DNA of 64,000 bases from Escherichia coli (GTDB lineage: Bacteria; Pseudomonadota; Gammaproteobacteria; Enterobacterales; Enterobacteriaceae): NCBI RefSeq assembly GCF_001677475.2, contig NZ_CP015229.1; one strand, 5' to 3'. Under the pieces are notes generated by a model. That model saw only the letters and a program-made list of their open reading frames with translations. It made no database searches and was not told where the DNA came from. This document shows, piece by piece, positions 44,523 through 55,769 of this stretch. The translations under genes were made by a program, and so were the position numbers. Numbering within the stretch: position 1 is the stretch's first letter; every line of letters begins with the position of its first letter.

Positions 44523-45788
44523 ATGCCAACCTTCATTAAACTTCATTCATGGAAACCTTACACTCTGAAATCATCTATGATTTTAGAGATAATAACTTAT
44601 ATATTATGTTTTTTTTCATTAATAATTGCATTCGTCGATAACACATTCAGCATAAAGATGTATAACATCACTGCTATAACTTGCTTATTGGCGCTAATTT
44701 TACGTGGCAGACAAAAAAATTACAATATAAAAAATCTTATTCTGCCCCTTTCTATAATTATTATAGGCTTGCTTGATTTAATTTGGTATTCTATATTTAA
44801 AGTAGATAACTCGCCATTTCGTGCTACTTACCATAGTTATTTAAATACTGCCAAAATATTTATATTTGGTTCTTTTATTGTTTTTTTAGCACTAACTAGT
44901 CAGCTAAAATATAAAAAAGAGAGTGTATTATACATTTTATATTCTCTGTCATTTATAATTGCTGGATATGCAATGTATATTAATAGCATTCATGAATATG
45001 ACCGTATTTCTTTTGGTGTAGGAACGGCAACAGGAGCGGCATATTCAACAATGCTAATAGGGATAGTTAGTGGTGTTGCGATTCTTTATACTAAGAAAAA
45101 CCATCCTTTTTTATTTTTATTAAATAGTTGCGCGGTACTTTATATTCTGGCGCTGACACAAACCAGAGCAACACTACTCCTGTTTCCTGTAATTTGTGCT
45201 GTTACATTAATAGCTTATTATAATAAATCACCTAAGAAATATACTTCCACTATTGTTCTTCTAATTGCTATATTGGCTAGTATTGTAATTATATTTAATA
45301 AACCAATACAGAATCGCTATAATGAAGCATTAAATGATTTAAACAGTTATACCAATGCTAATAGCGTGACTTCCTTAGGTGCAAGGCTGGCAATGTACGA
45401 AATTGGTTTGGATATATTCAAAAAGTCACCTTTTTCATTTAGATCTGCAGAGTCGCGCGCTGAAAGTATGAATTTGTTAGTTGCAGAACACAACAGGCTA
45501 AGAGGGGCATTGGAGTTTTCTAACGTACACCTACATAATGAGATAATTGAAGCAGCGTCACTAAAAGGTCTGATGGGGATTTTTTCCACCATTTTCCTCT
45601 ATTTTTCACTATTTTATACAGCATATAAAAAACGCGCATTGGGTTTGTTGATATTAACGCTTGGCATAGTGGGGATTGGACTCAGTGATGTAATCATATG
45701 GGCACGCAGCATTCCAATTATCGTTATATCCTCTATAGTCCTCTTGCTTGTTATTAATAACCGCAACAATACTATTAATCAAGAATAG
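44523..45788 (+). CDS. waaL: O-antigen ligase (K-12 core-type WaaL)
   Basis: 421-aa polytopic membrane ORF, very AT-rich; sequence matches my recollection of the K-12 WaaL variant. Confidence 0.85.
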   Translation: MPTFIKLHSWKPYTLKSSMILEIITYILCFFSLIIAFVDNTFSIKMYNITAITCLLALILRGRQKNYNIKNLILPLSIIIIGLLDLIWYSIFKVDNSPFRATYHSYLNTAKIFIFGSFIVFLALTSQLKYKKESVLYILYSLSFIIAGYAMYINSIHEYDRISFGVGTATGAAYSTMLIGIVSGVAILYTKKNHPFLFLLNSCAVLYILALTQTRATLLLFPVICAVTLIAYYNKSPKKYTSTIVLLIAILASIVIIFNKPIQNRYNEALNDLNSYTNANSVTSLGARLAMYEIGLDIFKKSPFSFRSAESRAESMNLLVAEHNRLRGALEFSNVHLHNEIIEAASLKGLMGIFSTIFLYFSLFYTAYKKRALGLLILTLGIVGIGLSDVIIWARSIPIIVISSIVLLLVINNRNNTINQE

Positions 45789-45795
45789 ACAAGTT

Positions 45796-45822
45796 TAAGA
45801 AGTGAGTTTTAACTCACTTCTT
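45796..45822. terminator. Hairpin at the convergent waaL / waaU junction
   Basis: Inverted repeat aagaagtgagtt / aactcacttctt; overlaps the waaU stop, so acts for both converging operons if functional. Confidence 0.4.
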
Positions 45823-46887
45823 ATCTATACAAATTAATCTCTTTACTGAATCAGTTAAAATTTCAGTATCGATATCTTTTATCGTAAGTGTTGGAGATAC
45901 TATTTGTATAGATTGATGATTATTCGGGGCCCAAATTAAATGTGAGGGATATTCTGGTGTACGTGAATTAGGATAAAATGCAAGAGTTGGTTTATGATAA
46001 GCAGTAGCGATATGAACAAGAGCAGTATCAACAGAAATGACAAAATCACTATACTTAGTCAACGCGACAGTATAAATAAACTCGTCAAATGGTAGTGTTT
46101 CAATTTCAGGTATTGGTATTGTCAATAAATCTTGCGGTAACCCAGTAAATATCACTCGATAATTCTCAAACTGGACTTTCACTTCTTGATATATAACTTT
46201 TATTTGCTCAAACGTAAGTCGGCATATTTTTTTTGCACCTAATGGATTAATGATGACTATCCTTGTATTTCCAATAAAATCTATTATTTTATTTTCAACA
46301 TCTACAGGCAAATGCAAGTCGTAGTCGGTGGAAAATTCACCCTCACCATAAATATGCTTCAGTATTTCTATTGCTCGTGTACTCATATGTTCTTTTAAAC
46401 ATTCATCATGGGGATGGTAAAATGAATAGTAACGCTTATACCATTGATCAAAACCCAGAATGTAAGAATATTTTAAACTTGATAATATTAAACTATGCTT
46501 AAATGAGGGCATAGTTTCAAAGGGGTCTAATACAATATCGAACTGTAAATCCCGCAGATGCTTACATAGAGTAAGCATTTTAAGGGAACCTGTTGATTCT
46601 TTAATACAGAATCCAAATATATTTTTATTGTTAGAGAGAAACTCCCCACCCTTTCTATTTGTGAGAATAGTTATTTTAACTCCTTTACTATAAAGCTCAC
46701 GATAAATCGAACTTAATACAATTAAATCACCGAGTTTATTATTATCATGAATGATAAGGCATGATTTAACTTGTGCGAGATCTGTAACTTGATTATTGAT
46801 TTTTTTACGAAATAAAAAAGAAAGAAAATTAATCTTGATTTTGTTTATATAAAATCTTTTCTTTTTGTGAAAAGTTCCTAAACGCAT
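45814..46887 (-). CDS. waaU: LPS heptosyltransferase IV WaaU (WaaK)
   Basis: 357-aa GT9-like ORF, last gene of the long waaQ operon. Confidence 0.85.
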   Translation of the reverse strand: MRLGTFHKKKRFYINKIKINFLSFLFRKKINNQVTDLAQVKSCLIIHDNNKLGDLIVLSSIYRELYSKGVKITILTNRKGGEFLSNNKNIFGFCIKESTGSLKMLTLCKHLRDLQFDIVLDPFETMPSFKHSLILSSLKYSYILGFDQWYKRYYSFYHPHDECLKEHMSTRAIEILKHIYGEGEFSTDYDLHLPVDVENKIIDFIGNTRIVIINPLGAKKICRLTFEQIKVIYQEVKVQFENYRVIFTGLPQDLLTIPIPEIETLPFDEFIYTVALTKYSDFVISVDTALVHIATAYHKPTLAFYPNSRTPEYPSHLIWAPNNHQSIQIVSPTLTIKDIDTEILTDSVKRLICIDKK

Positions 46888-46966
46888 TTTTATACCATAA
46901 TATTTTAGTTTCAGGATGATTAATTAGCATAAGAATCAGTTGAAGCTTTATATTCCATTTTTTTTC

Positions 46967-47782
46967 TTATCTTATCTTATCCTGTGACTTTGACTCTTCT
47001 GAACTGATATCGAGAGGCTTAATAAATGGAATTACATCGTAAGAAATAGCCGTATCATCTGACAAATTATAAATATTAATATCTTCTACATTATCACGCA
47101 TAAAACGGAAAAATGGCAAGATTTTAAACAAATCCCTACTCAATTCCGAGGGCATAGGATTGTTACTTTCGTCATAGAAACGAGTACAACTACCAGTTAA
47201 ATCAAGACCAGAACAAATAATCCGCGCATACTTCAGCGAATAGGCTATTTGGATTGCAGCAAAGGCAACGGTATGGCATGAACAATAACCGAGATTAATA
47301 TCCTTGCAAAAGCCAACCAGACGACCTTTTTTAGAAAAAGGTACAGAAATCAGGAGCTCTTTATGAATTCGGCTCAAAATATTAAACTTAATCTTCTTAA
47401 TCAATCCACCTTTTTCTCTGCGGTAAAATGAACGTAGTACCAAGCAGTTTTGAAGGATGTACCGTTTATCTTCTTCAGAAGCATGTTCATAAACATCAAC
47501 ATTTACGATGGTATAACGACTTCTCTGGCTAAATTTATAAAAATCATCACGTCGTTGATGTAAAAAGCGAACATCAGTAAGTACATAAATATACGGAATA
47601 ATATTATGACTTAATAGATATTGCGCAGAACCATTGACAGCAATAACATCCCTTGTCTGCAGCACTGACAATGGTGTTTTTTGCGATGTGGGGCCGGAAA
47701 GAAAAATAATAACATCATCAGACGTTTTACTTTCTATCAGGTTCTCAACATCTTTTTTGCCAATGTATCTAATATTCTTCAT
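46967..47782 (-). CDS. waaZ: LPS core biosynthesis protein WaaZ
   Basis: 271-aa ORF in the K-12-type position between waaY and waaU; start codon not verified. Confidence 0.8.
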   Translation of the reverse strand: MKNIRYIGKKDVENLIESKTSDDVIIFLSGPTSQKTPLSVLQTRDVIAVNGSAQYLLSHNIIPYIYVLTDVRFLHQRRDDFYKFSQRSRYTIVNVDVYEHASEEDKRYILQNCLVLRSFYRREKGGLIKKIKFNILSRIHKELLISVPFSKKGRLVGFCKDINLGYCSCHTVAFAAIQIAYSLKYARIICSGLDLTGSCTRFYDESNNPMPSELSRDLFKILPFFRFMRDNVEDINIYNLSDDTAISYDVIPFIKPLDISSEESKSQDKIR

Positions 47783-47853
47783 GATAAACCTGTGAAATAA
47801 GAACTCCGCATAGAAATGTCCTGATGAAGACGTTTAAACGTAAGACGTTTACT

Positions 47854-48552
47854 TTATCGTGCTGGCTTCCCTTTCAAACGCCGCATAAGATTACGTATTT
47901 TTTTACGATAAACTAAAATATAATAACCGAGATCTTTAATCTCATTCTTAATACCATAATGTCGCTCTAAATCAATACGATCTTTCGCTTTACGTTGTGC
48001 AGATGCCCGTTTTCCTGAAAGATCAATAATGCGTACTTCACCATTTTCAATAATAAAATTACCACGGTGAGGATCACCAGATACCATACCATGTTCGTGC
48101 AATGAACGGATTGATTGTTGAATTTTATTTTTTAACGTTTCATCAATGTCGGGGATATCACACAACTCTACGCCATCGATATATTCGATAAGCATGATAT
48201 AAGTATGGACAAAACGTAATGTTTTCCGTTCTGCCAATAAATAAAAATCATTGAGTGTATTTAACCCTTCATTTCTTACTTTTTGGGTTTGCTCAAAAAG
48301 GCGTTCGTAATAATCACCTTTTAACAGAGACTTAAAGAAACGTTCGTTACGCTTAACTTTCGGAGAAAAAACCTTAAGAATCAATTTGCCGTAATCGGTA
48401 TCAATAAGCATAACTTTTGTATCATCAATAGAACGAAAAACCTTGATGATATTTATATTATAAGACAAGAAGTCATTTAATACATTGAGATACTTTGAAT
48501 TGTTTTCATCGGTAAAAACAACCAAGTCTTTGATCTTGCTCTTCTGAAACAT
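47854..48552 (-). CDS. waaY: LPS core heptose II kinase WaaY
   Basis: 232-aa kinase-like ORF. Confidence 0.85.
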   Translation of the reverse strand: MFQKSKIKDLVVFTDENNSKYLNVLNDFLSYNINIIKVFRSIDDTKVMLIDTDYGKLILKVFSPKVKRNERFFKSLLKGDYYERLFEQTQKVRNEGLNTLNDFYLLAERKTLRFVHTYIMLIEYIDGVELCDIPDIDETLKNKIQQSIRSLHEHGMVSGDPHRGNFIIENGEVRIIDLSGKRASAQRKAKDRIDLERHYGIKNEIKDLGYYILVYRKKIRNLMRRLKGKPAR

Positions 48553-48569
48553 AATAAACCAGTTAAGTG

Positions 48570-49586
48570 TTATTTACGGTAATATTTTCGGCAAAGATAA
48601 CAGACTCCTGCTATAATTCCTGAGATATAGTTATGCTGCACTAAAAGATGTTTATATCTTTTTTTAAATTCAATAATTGATTTTGCATCTCGTGGAGAGT
48701 CATCTTTCCATGGTGAATTTTCTAAAGCTATTTTATAGTATTTTACCGATGGATAAATTGCCCATTTGTGCCACGGTTTAGTTGCACCTGTATAATGAAT
48801 AAGCAGAGTACTTTCTGTAATCAGCTTTTTATAGTTTTGATGTGTTTTGTCTTTTAATTCACTTTTAATTGTATAAATTGTATTGTACTCACGAGGCAAA
48901 AATATTGTCATCCCTTTCAGTAAGACATTCATAACATCCTGATCAGGGTATTTATAAACATTATCTTTACTCATAAGAATAGACAACGCTTTTTCGGTTA
49001 GTTTTGCGTTAGCCCATTTTTTTAAATCTAAATAAACGACACCGGAATTAAAGTACTGCCCAAGTAATTCAGGATCAGACAACCTGGATGCCGCCTTTTC
49101 CTGCATTGGGTCAACATCTTTAACAACAGCAGCAACCGCTCCGTTTAAATCCAGATGCAATAGTTGGCTAATATCGCCTTTACAAACAACATCTGCATCA
49201 AGATAAAGCAAACGATTAAGCGTTAAACCCAATAATTGAAATGCAAATAAACGGAAGTACATTGCTCTTGACCAAACTTGTGTACAAGGCAAGCACTGAA
49301 GATTATCAGTATTTATTCTATAAAGTGTGATTCTTAATTGGTATTGCTCAGCAAGTTTTGCGACTTTTTGAAAGAAATCGTCGCTATAAACATCAGCAAT
49401 AATATAAAAATCAAGATTAACATGTCGATTATTGATGACAATTGAAGTAATGGATACACCTACAGCATCAAGATAATTTGCATCGACACCATAGGCAACA
49501 TTTAAACTTTCAGCAGTATTTTCATCAATAAGCCTAAAATCCCAAGCTTTAACTTTATCTATCTCTATGGCAGGAAATGAGTCCAC
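48570..49586 (-). CDS. waaJ: GT8 LPS alpha-1,2-glucosyltransferase WaaJ (WaaR)
   Basis: 338-aa family-8 glycosyltransferase. Confidence 0.85.
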   Translation of the reverse strand: MDSFPAIEIDKVKAWDFRLIDENTAESLNVAYGVDANYLDAVGVSITSIVINNRHVNLDFYIIADVYSDDFFQKVAKLAEQYQLRITLYRINTDNLQCLPCTQVWSRAMYFRLFAFQLLGLTLNRLLYLDADVVCKGDISQLLHLDLNGAVAAVVKDVDPMQEKAASRLSDPELLGQYFNSGVVYLDLKKWANAKLTEKALSILMSKDNVYKYPDQDVMNVLLKGMTIFLPREYNTIYTIKSELKDKTHQNYKKLITESTLLIHYTGATKPWHKWAIYPSVKYYKIALENSPWKDDSPRDAKSIIEFKKRYKHLLVQHNYISGIIAGVCYLCRKYYRK

Positions 49587-49625
49587 AAGGCTACCCTTAT
49601 ATCATTACTTTATAGTTTCCCAGTT

Positions 49626-50645
49626 TTAATTCTTTATCTTTTCAATAAAATAAAAAAGATAGTTGCTAAATCCTTTTAGATATCTATGCTTTTTAAGCAT
49701 ATGTTTTGCGCTATATCTTAATTGATTGCTATTATTCGGTTTCAGCAACGCCGTACTCTTCCATGGCGAAGCATTTTTTGCCTCCATAAAGGCTTGTGAT
49801 ACAGGATAATCCCAAGCCCAATCATGCCAGGGCTTGGTTGGACCGATATAGTGGATAAAAATAGTATCGTTGGTTACTGGGTTTGTAAAACTTTCTTTGA
49901 GTTGATAGTTTAAGCTAAACTGGGTGTTATATTTAATATCAGCAAAAATAAGTCTGTCTGCCAGCAACATATTTAATACATCCTGATCAGGATGTGTTAT
50001 TTTTTTGACTATTTCCGAATCATTTAGCATTGCAATGGCTCGTGCAGAAACCTGCTGAGCCGCCCATTGGTCAGTATTAATCAATAAAAAACCGGAGTTA
50101 AAGTAACCTTTAGCAATTCCCGCAACACCTAACGAATGTGCGCGTTTTTCCCACCAGTCAGCTTGCCCTTCTGTAACAACCATTGCGACTTTATCGTCAG
50201 GAAATGAGAATTTAATTAGGGGCTCAATAGTCCCCTGACAAATGATATCTGCATCCAGATAAAGGACTTTAGCCGCCTTATTAATAAAGTAATCTGCAAT
50301 AACAAAACGAAAATATATTGCATGAGTCCAGTTCTTTGTGCTAGGCAATGAGCGCAGTCGATCACCATTAATCAGATATATTTTAATTCTGGTTTTATAC
50401 TGCAACGCCAGTGCATCAAAATATTTACGATCATCATCACCAAAATAATCAGTAAAAATATGGAAGCACAATCGACTTCCTTCATTATACTTTAATATTG
50501 AAGCAATCGAAATTCCGCAACCAAATAGAAAATTTTTGTCAGTTCCATAAGCGATGTCCAGACAAAGATTTTCTGTTTCTACTTTATGATTATAATCAAT
50601 AACTGAATTAAGAAACTCAGTCTCCTGGAAAAACACCTGCTGCAT
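49626..50645 (-). CDS. waaO: GT8 LPS alpha-1,3-glucosyltransferase WaaO (WaaI)
   Basis: 339-aa family-8 glycosyltransferase, paralogous to the adjacent waaJ. Confidence 0.85.
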   Translation of the reverse strand: MQQVFFQETEFLNSVIDYNHKVETENLCLDIAYGTDKNFLFGCGISIASILKYNEGSRLCFHIFTDYFGDDDRKYFDALALQYKTRIKIYLINGDRLRSLPSTKNWTHAIYFRFVIADYFINKAAKVLYLDADIICQGTIEPLIKFSFPDDKVAMVVTEGQADWWEKRAHSLGVAGIAKGYFNSGFLLINTDQWAAQQVSARAIAMLNDSEIVKKITHPDQDVLNMLLADRLIFADIKYNTQFSLNYQLKESFTNPVTNDTIFIHYIGPTKPWHDWAWDYPVSQAFMEAKNASPWKSTALLKPNNSNQLRYSAKHMLKKHRYLKGFSNYLFYFIEKIKN

Positions 50646-51724
50646 TATTTCCTCCGGGAAATAGCAGAAATAATTATCTTATGTAATCTATCGTAATACT
50701 TCGATTTATAAAACTTATCGATCGACTCAGGAATTTTTTCATGTTCGATATGAATTTCACCTGCTATATATTTATTGAGAAGAGTTACAAAACCAGCAAT
50801 ATCTCCCGGTTGATACAGATGACCATTAACATCAGGTTGAATAATGTCAGCAGGCCCGGAGACACAATCGGCGCTGATGCAAGGAATTCCCCATGACAAG
50901 GCTTCAAGTAGGGTCATTGGGAAACCTTCAAAAGATGACGTGAGCAATAACGCACTCACTTTTTTAATATCTTGCTGGACCAATTCCCAGGGATGTTGTT
51001 GCCAACCATACCAGACAACTCGATCATCAATATTTAATTCTCTACCATAAGCCTGGCATTTTTCGAAATCGGAGCCATCTCCCAATACATGAAGTTTCCA
51101 GTCACCTTGCACTTGTGATAAGCCATCAAGGAGGTCTTTAACCCGCTTCTGGCCCTCGAATTTCATACGCCCAACATAAATGAACGTTGCCGTTTCACCT
51201 TCCTCAGGCCCAGGAATAACTGTGTCTTTAGCTTCGACTGGATTAAAAATAACATTTATCGTCGATTCTGGTACACCCCGATTAATCATTTGCTGTTTAA
51301 TGCCAGAGCTGATGGCTAAATGATAATCGGCACAGGTGATATATTCAGCATGTTTTTTGTGATCTAAAGAAAAATGCGGCCATGAAAATACAGGTACATC
51401 AATTCCCGATTTTTTACGAGCTTTGGCCGCATACAAACACGAGATCACGTCAATACAAATAACAACATCTGGCTGATAATCCTGAAGCCATTTGCTTAAA
51501 GCATGAATATGTTTCGCCCGACGCAAACAACCTAAGCGAATATTGGAAAATGAACACGAGTACTTAATACCGTCCAGCCATCCCTTATCCATTTTGTCAT
51601 TACGACAAAAGAAAAACATTTCACTATGGATATGTTGTTGCCTGAAGGTAGTAATAACATCACGAATGACTGTTTCCATGCCGCCAAATCCAGAAACAGC
51701 TTCGCCGATAAATGCTATTTTCAT
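50645..51724 (-). CDS. waaB: GT4 LPS alpha-1,6-galactosyltransferase WaaB
   Basis: Track ORF 369 aa; start taken at ATG 51724 (MKIAFIGEAVSGFGGMETV…, 359 aa); ATG 51736 and GTG 51754 are alternatives. Confidence 0.85.
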   Translation of the reverse strand: MKIAFIGEAVSGFGGMETVIRDVITTFRQQHIHSEMFFFCRNDKMDKGWLDGIKYSCSFSNIRLGCLRRAKHIHALSKWLQDYQPDVVICIDVISCLYAAKARKKSGIDVPVFSWPHFSLDHKKHAEYITCADYHLAISSGIKQQMINRGVPESTINVIFNPVEAKDTVIPGPEEGETATFIYVGRMKFEGQKRVKDLLDGLSQVQGDWKLHVLGDGSDFEKCQAYGRELNIDDRVVWYGWQQHPWELVQQDIKKVSALLLTSSFEGFPMTLLEALSWGIPCISADCVSGPADIIQPDVNGHLYQPGDIAGFVTLLNKYIAGEIHIEHEKIPESIDKFYKSKYYDRLHKIIISAISRRK

Positions 51725-51767
51725 TGAAACTCTCATTAATTGAGTAAAACTCACTGTTTTAATGGTT

Positions 51768-52692
51768 TTATTTTTCTATAAAATCAGAAACAATTGTTGA
51801 CATCATTTTATCAGGGCTGAATTTATATAAACTATCATAATCCATTGGTTTAACAGATGAGTTAATAAAATACTCTAACTTATCCCAATCATCATGCCCC
51901 ATTATAAAAAAGCGAGATTCACTATAGATTTCTGAACCAAGGATATTTATATTATTAGTAATTAATTTTTTATTGAAAAATAGTGCCTCAAGTATACGAA
52001 GAGTCCAGCCAGATTGGTTTTCTTTAGTTATATCAATAATTATATTAGCATTTAATATGCTCTTCATAAGGTAATTGCTTTTCAATCAAATACTTTGAAG
52101 TCGGAGATGATGTCTTATCTTTGACAACATTAAAATCTAGCTTACATCCTAGTGCTGTTAATCTATCGGCTAATTCATTAATTATTTGAAGACGTCCTTT
52201 ATCACGACCAAGAAAAAAACATATTGGCTGACTGTTATTTTTGTCAGATAAACTATAATTTATAATTTCATCCATTCCTATAGGAAAAAATCATTTTATT
52301 GCCTTGGTCTTTTCATTCCCTATAAATCTATGCTCAAAATTATAGATAATATCAAAATAATTAGAGTTATCAAAAATAAAATCTTCGCTGACAGTATTTC
52401 TTAGAAGTAATAGTTTACGATAATTAATATTTCTTAATATTTGCTTGTTAATACCTTTATTAATGACACTGTCATTAAAGATAATTATATCATCCTTTTT
52501 TACAGCATTTAGGTGATGTTTGATAAATAATCGCCCCAACCATGCATTATCCATCCCTAATTTCGAAATTTTCTTATTAACCCAGTTGTATTTGTTTGGT
52601 GTTGTTATATTTTTTATCTTGTACTTTTTTTTCAGGTACTGGATCATCTTTAATTCATAATCTGCAACCCAGTTTATAAAATAAATAGTCAT
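51768..52692 (-). pseudogene. waaS: waaS-like LPS core gene disrupted by an in-frame TGA and a frameshift
   Basis: Three consecutive minus-strand ORF fragments (52291..52692, 52045..52275, 51768..52085) together span 925 nt where one ~311-aa gene is expected. Fragments 1 and 2 share a frame and are separated by TGA (52291-52293); fragments 2 and 3 overlap in different frames. Confidence 0.6.
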
Positions 52693-52728
52693 AATGAAGT
52701 TAATTCCAGTACATACTGATAAATATTT

Positions 52729-53526
52729 TTATAATCCTTTGCGTTGTGTTCGCTCTTTAATATGCTCGGCCTTAACACTTGCCATGTTCAATAAATTCCG
52801 TTCAAGAGATAATATCTTACGTAAAGGCATCCCAAAATAAACCTTCATAAATCGCCAGATATCTCTCTGCGTTAGACCAATATTCATTGATGAGAAATAT
52901 AAACCAATCAAATCTTTATCCCGCCAACGACGTGGTACTTTTGCCCGTATCTGCGCGCGATGCAGGTCTATTACCGAAATTTTTAACCCATCTTCCCGGC
53001 CAGTAAATGGCAAATGGAGCAAAAAGTGGCAAATATAACAGTCGCGGTGATTTATCCCTGCGGCGTGCATTTTGTGCACCATGGTTGCCACACGCGCGAT
53101 CAGCATACGCTTAATATGTACATCAGGCGGGTTGACCGCCCAATCTGCACAATAATCTTCAAGGCTAATCGTGGGAGTGAGATCTTCGGTAATAATAAAT
53201 GATGTGCGAGTTAATGGATTTAACCCTTTTTCACCAAACCCTATTCCGTGCATCGTATCAACACCGACATCATGCAGTCGATGAATAGCGTGCCACTCTC
53301 TGTCTGCGCCTAAAACGGGCATCCGCAATGAGAGCAGGTTTTTTATAATTTCTTTTAAAGTCGTCCCTTTGTGCCACTTGAGGAAATAGCTTTTCCCGGC
53401 CAGTTCAAAGCGTAATGTGCGACGCGTCTCGAGTTCACGAAAGACCTCGCCATTCAGTTTTTTAACTTCTGCAAAGGCATCTTTACCACGCCAGAGTGTG
53501 GCAAGTGGCTCTTTTAATTCAACCAT
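52729..53526 (-). CDS. waaP: LPS core heptose I kinase WaaP
   Basis: 265-aa kinase-like ORF, overlaps the waaG 3' end by 8 nt. Confidence 0.9.
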   Translation of the reverse strand: MVELKEPLATLWRGKDAFAEVKKLNGEVFRELETRRTLRFELAGKSYFLKWHKGTTLKEIIKNLLSLRMPVLGADREWHAIHRLHDVGVDTMHGIGFGEKGLNPLTRTSFIITEDLTPTISLEDYCADWAVNPPDVHIKRMLIARVATMVHKMHAAGINHRDCYICHFLLHLPFTGREDGLKISVIDLHRAQIRAKVPRRWRDKDLIGLYFSSMNIGLTQRDIWRFMKVYFGMPLRKILSLERNLLNMASVKAEHIKERTQRKGL

Positions 53527-54643
53527 CTAAACCACCAGTAATGATATCTGCCGCTTTCTCCGGCAAGCTATACAAATCCTGAGTATCGGCGTAATACCGA
53601 GCATTCTCCGCCCAAGCCATGCGCAATGGAGATTGAGTTAACGCTTTACGTAAAACGTCATTTAATTGTTCCTGGGAGAAAGGTTCAGCGATGACCGTTC
53701 CACAATTAGCATCCGCAATATAATGCGCGTACCCACATACCGCTGTTGTTAAAACAGGTAATCCAGCAGTGATCGCTTCAAGAAGAACGATACCCGCGGC
53801 TTCCTGATAAGCGGGATGCAGTAATAAATCAGCGGCTGCCATTAATTCTGACACATCATTGCGACCGGAGAAGAAATGCACATTGCTCCGCACGCCGAGT
53901 TTTTCTGCCAGCGCTTCAAACTTTCGCGGTTTATCCTGCCCAACAACAAATAACAGCGTATTGTGACGTAATGATTCCGGTAACGATGCCAAAGCTTCAA
54001 TTGAGCGATCCACACCCTTACGGCCAAAATCTGATCCAACCTGCAGTAATAAGTTTTGTTGTTCAGTGATGCCATTTTTCTGGCGATAAATTTCACGACT
54101 GTTTGGGATTTGCGCGCTGTATTTTCTGTCCGGGTAGATACCAGGAGGAAGAATTTGAAAACGTTCTGGTTCAGTTTGGTAATGCTTCTGGAAATCGGCG
54201 ATTTGCTTATCCGTCAGCATCATGAGTTTCGTCGGTTTACCATGCTCGAAAGTCGCTCGCTCAAATGCAGCATAATGGCGATAGCGTGATGTTAAACGAT
54301 AGAACAAGCCCTTTTCTTGCGCCACTTTCTCGGCATAACAGACATCAGCGGCAAAATAAACATCCAGCCCTGGCATCTTATTAAAGCCAACAACCCGATC
54401 AGCGGGATGTCCCTTCAGATGGTTTTGAACCCAGGCATAATATTCTGCATTACGTCCATGGTTAGTATGGGATTTAACCGGTACGCGAATAAGCTCAAAT
54501 GCATCCGGGCAATCGCCTTCCCACGACTGTGTATATACCCGAACATGGTGGCCCCGTGTGGCAACTGTTGAGGCAATACGCATAAAGTCACGCTGTAACC
54601 CACCAAATGGAAAATATTTATATAAGCAAAACGCCACGATCAT
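53519..54643 (-). CDS. waaG: GT4 LPS glucosyltransferase I WaaG
   Basis: 374-aa ORF recognised as WaaG. Confidence 0.95.
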   Translation of the reverse strand: MIVAFCLYKYFPFGGLQRDFMRIASTVATRGHHVRVYTQSWEGDCPDAFELIRVPVKSHTNHGRNAEYYAWVQNHLKGHPADRVVGFNKMPGLDVYFAADVCYAEKVAQEKGLFYRLTSRYRHYAAFERATFEHGKPTKLMMLTDKQIADFQKHYQTEPERFQILPPGIYPDRKYSAQIPNSREIYRQKNGITEQQNLLLQVGSDFGRKGVDRSIEALASLPESLRHNTLLFVVGQDKPRKFEALAEKLGVRSNVHFFSGRNDVSELMAAADLLLHPAYQEAAGIVLLEAITAGLPVLTTAVCGYAHYIADANCGTVIAEPFSQEQLNDVLRKALTQSPLRMAWAENARYYADTQDLYSLPEKAADIITGGLDG

Positions 54644-55674
54644 AATTGTGCATTCCTGTCAGCTGAAGGGGCATCTTCTGGCAACAGCTTTTCCGTAGCG
54701 GCAATGACATCTTCCGCTGGAATAACAGAAAGATATTTTTTGTTGCGGTCAAGTTCGTGCCGGGTAGGCATTTTTTGATAATTCCCCGCCCAGAACTGAA
54801 TAATATTCTCGGTCCATGGACGCCAGAATACATGATCAGTAGCCCCAAACAGGCTAATAACTGGCGTGTTCACCGCCGCCGCAATATGCCCCGGCGCAGA
54901 ATCCACACCAATAAAGAGCACTGCATGATCAATTAATGCGCCCAGTTCAGGAAAACGTGTTTTACCGGCAAGGCCGGTAATAGGTTTTGTTTGGCAGCCT
55001 CGTGCAATTTCATCTACGCAAGCGAGATCATCTGCCGAAGGGCCACAAGTCAGCACAACCTGATAACCACGATGTTGCAACGCATCGATAACCATAGAAA
55101 ATTTATCGTTATCCCAGCACTTAAATAGCTGTCGGGCTGTCGGCTGGATGACGACATAATGATCTTTCACGCCCAGTGCATCTAATTCCTGGCGCATTTT
55201 CTTCCAGCAATCATCAGCATAACTCATTGTTGTTTCAGTATAAAAATCGGTAATACCTAATGACTCAAGGACCGACAAATTACGCTCAACAATATGTGTA
55301 CCGTGTATAGGCGCTAAGTGTGTAAAGCTTTTTTTCCAAATGCCATGCTGCCGATGAGCATAAAGCTGCGATATTTTCATCCGTGCAGGTAAACAACGTA
55401 CCAGCAGGGCCACCATCCACTGATCCGTAAGATTAATGACCAGGTCGTAATTATTCGCACGCAGAGTTTTTATCAGTGAAAGTGCATTTTTAATTTTATC
55501 GAATGTTCCCGCACCTTTATTGCTTATACCATAGAGTGCATTAATTTCTGGGTTTTCAGATAAAATCGGAATTGTATCCTGGTAAAGCAGCATATCGATT
55601 TTAGCATTGGGATAATTCTGCTTGAGTGTACTGATTACAGGAGTAGTTAATAACATATCTCCGTGATATCGCAT
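54640..55674 (-). CDS. waaQ: LPS heptosyltransferase III WaaQ
   Basis: Track ORF begins at GTG 55710 (356 aa); I choose ATG 55674 (MRYHGDMLL…, 344 aa); start not certain. Confidence 0.85.
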   Translation of the reverse strand: MRYHGDMLLTTPVISTLKQNYPNAKIDMLLYQDTIPILSENPEINALYGISNKGAGTFDKIKNALSLIKTLRANNYDLVINLTDQWMVALLVRCLPARMKISQLYAHRQHGIWKKSFTHLAPIHGTHIVERNLSVLESLGITDFYTETTMSYADDCWKKMRQELDALGVKDHYVVIQPTARQLFKCWDNDKFSMVIDALQHRGYQVVLTCGPSADDLACVDEIARGCQTKPITGLAGKTRFPELGALIDHAVLFIGVDSAPGHIAAAVNTPVISLFGATDHVFWRPWTENIIQFWAGNYQKMPTRHELDRNKKYLSVIPAEDVIAATEKLLPEDAPSADRNAQL

Positions 55675-55757
55675 CTTTATGACCAGGATTTTTCGAAATG
55701 GCTTTTCCACTAGCGACTCTTTTGTGTGATTGTCTGGTTAAGTTAAGCAGAAAAAAG

Positions 55758-55769
55758 CACGCTACCGCC
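55758..55769 (-). promoter_or_regulatory. ops element (RfaH recruitment site) in the waaQ operon leader
   Basis: Exact 12-mer GGCGGTAGCGTG on the transcribed (minus) orientation, reverse complement of cacgctaccgcc at 55758-55769, ~85 nt upstream of the waaQ start. Confidence 0.75.
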
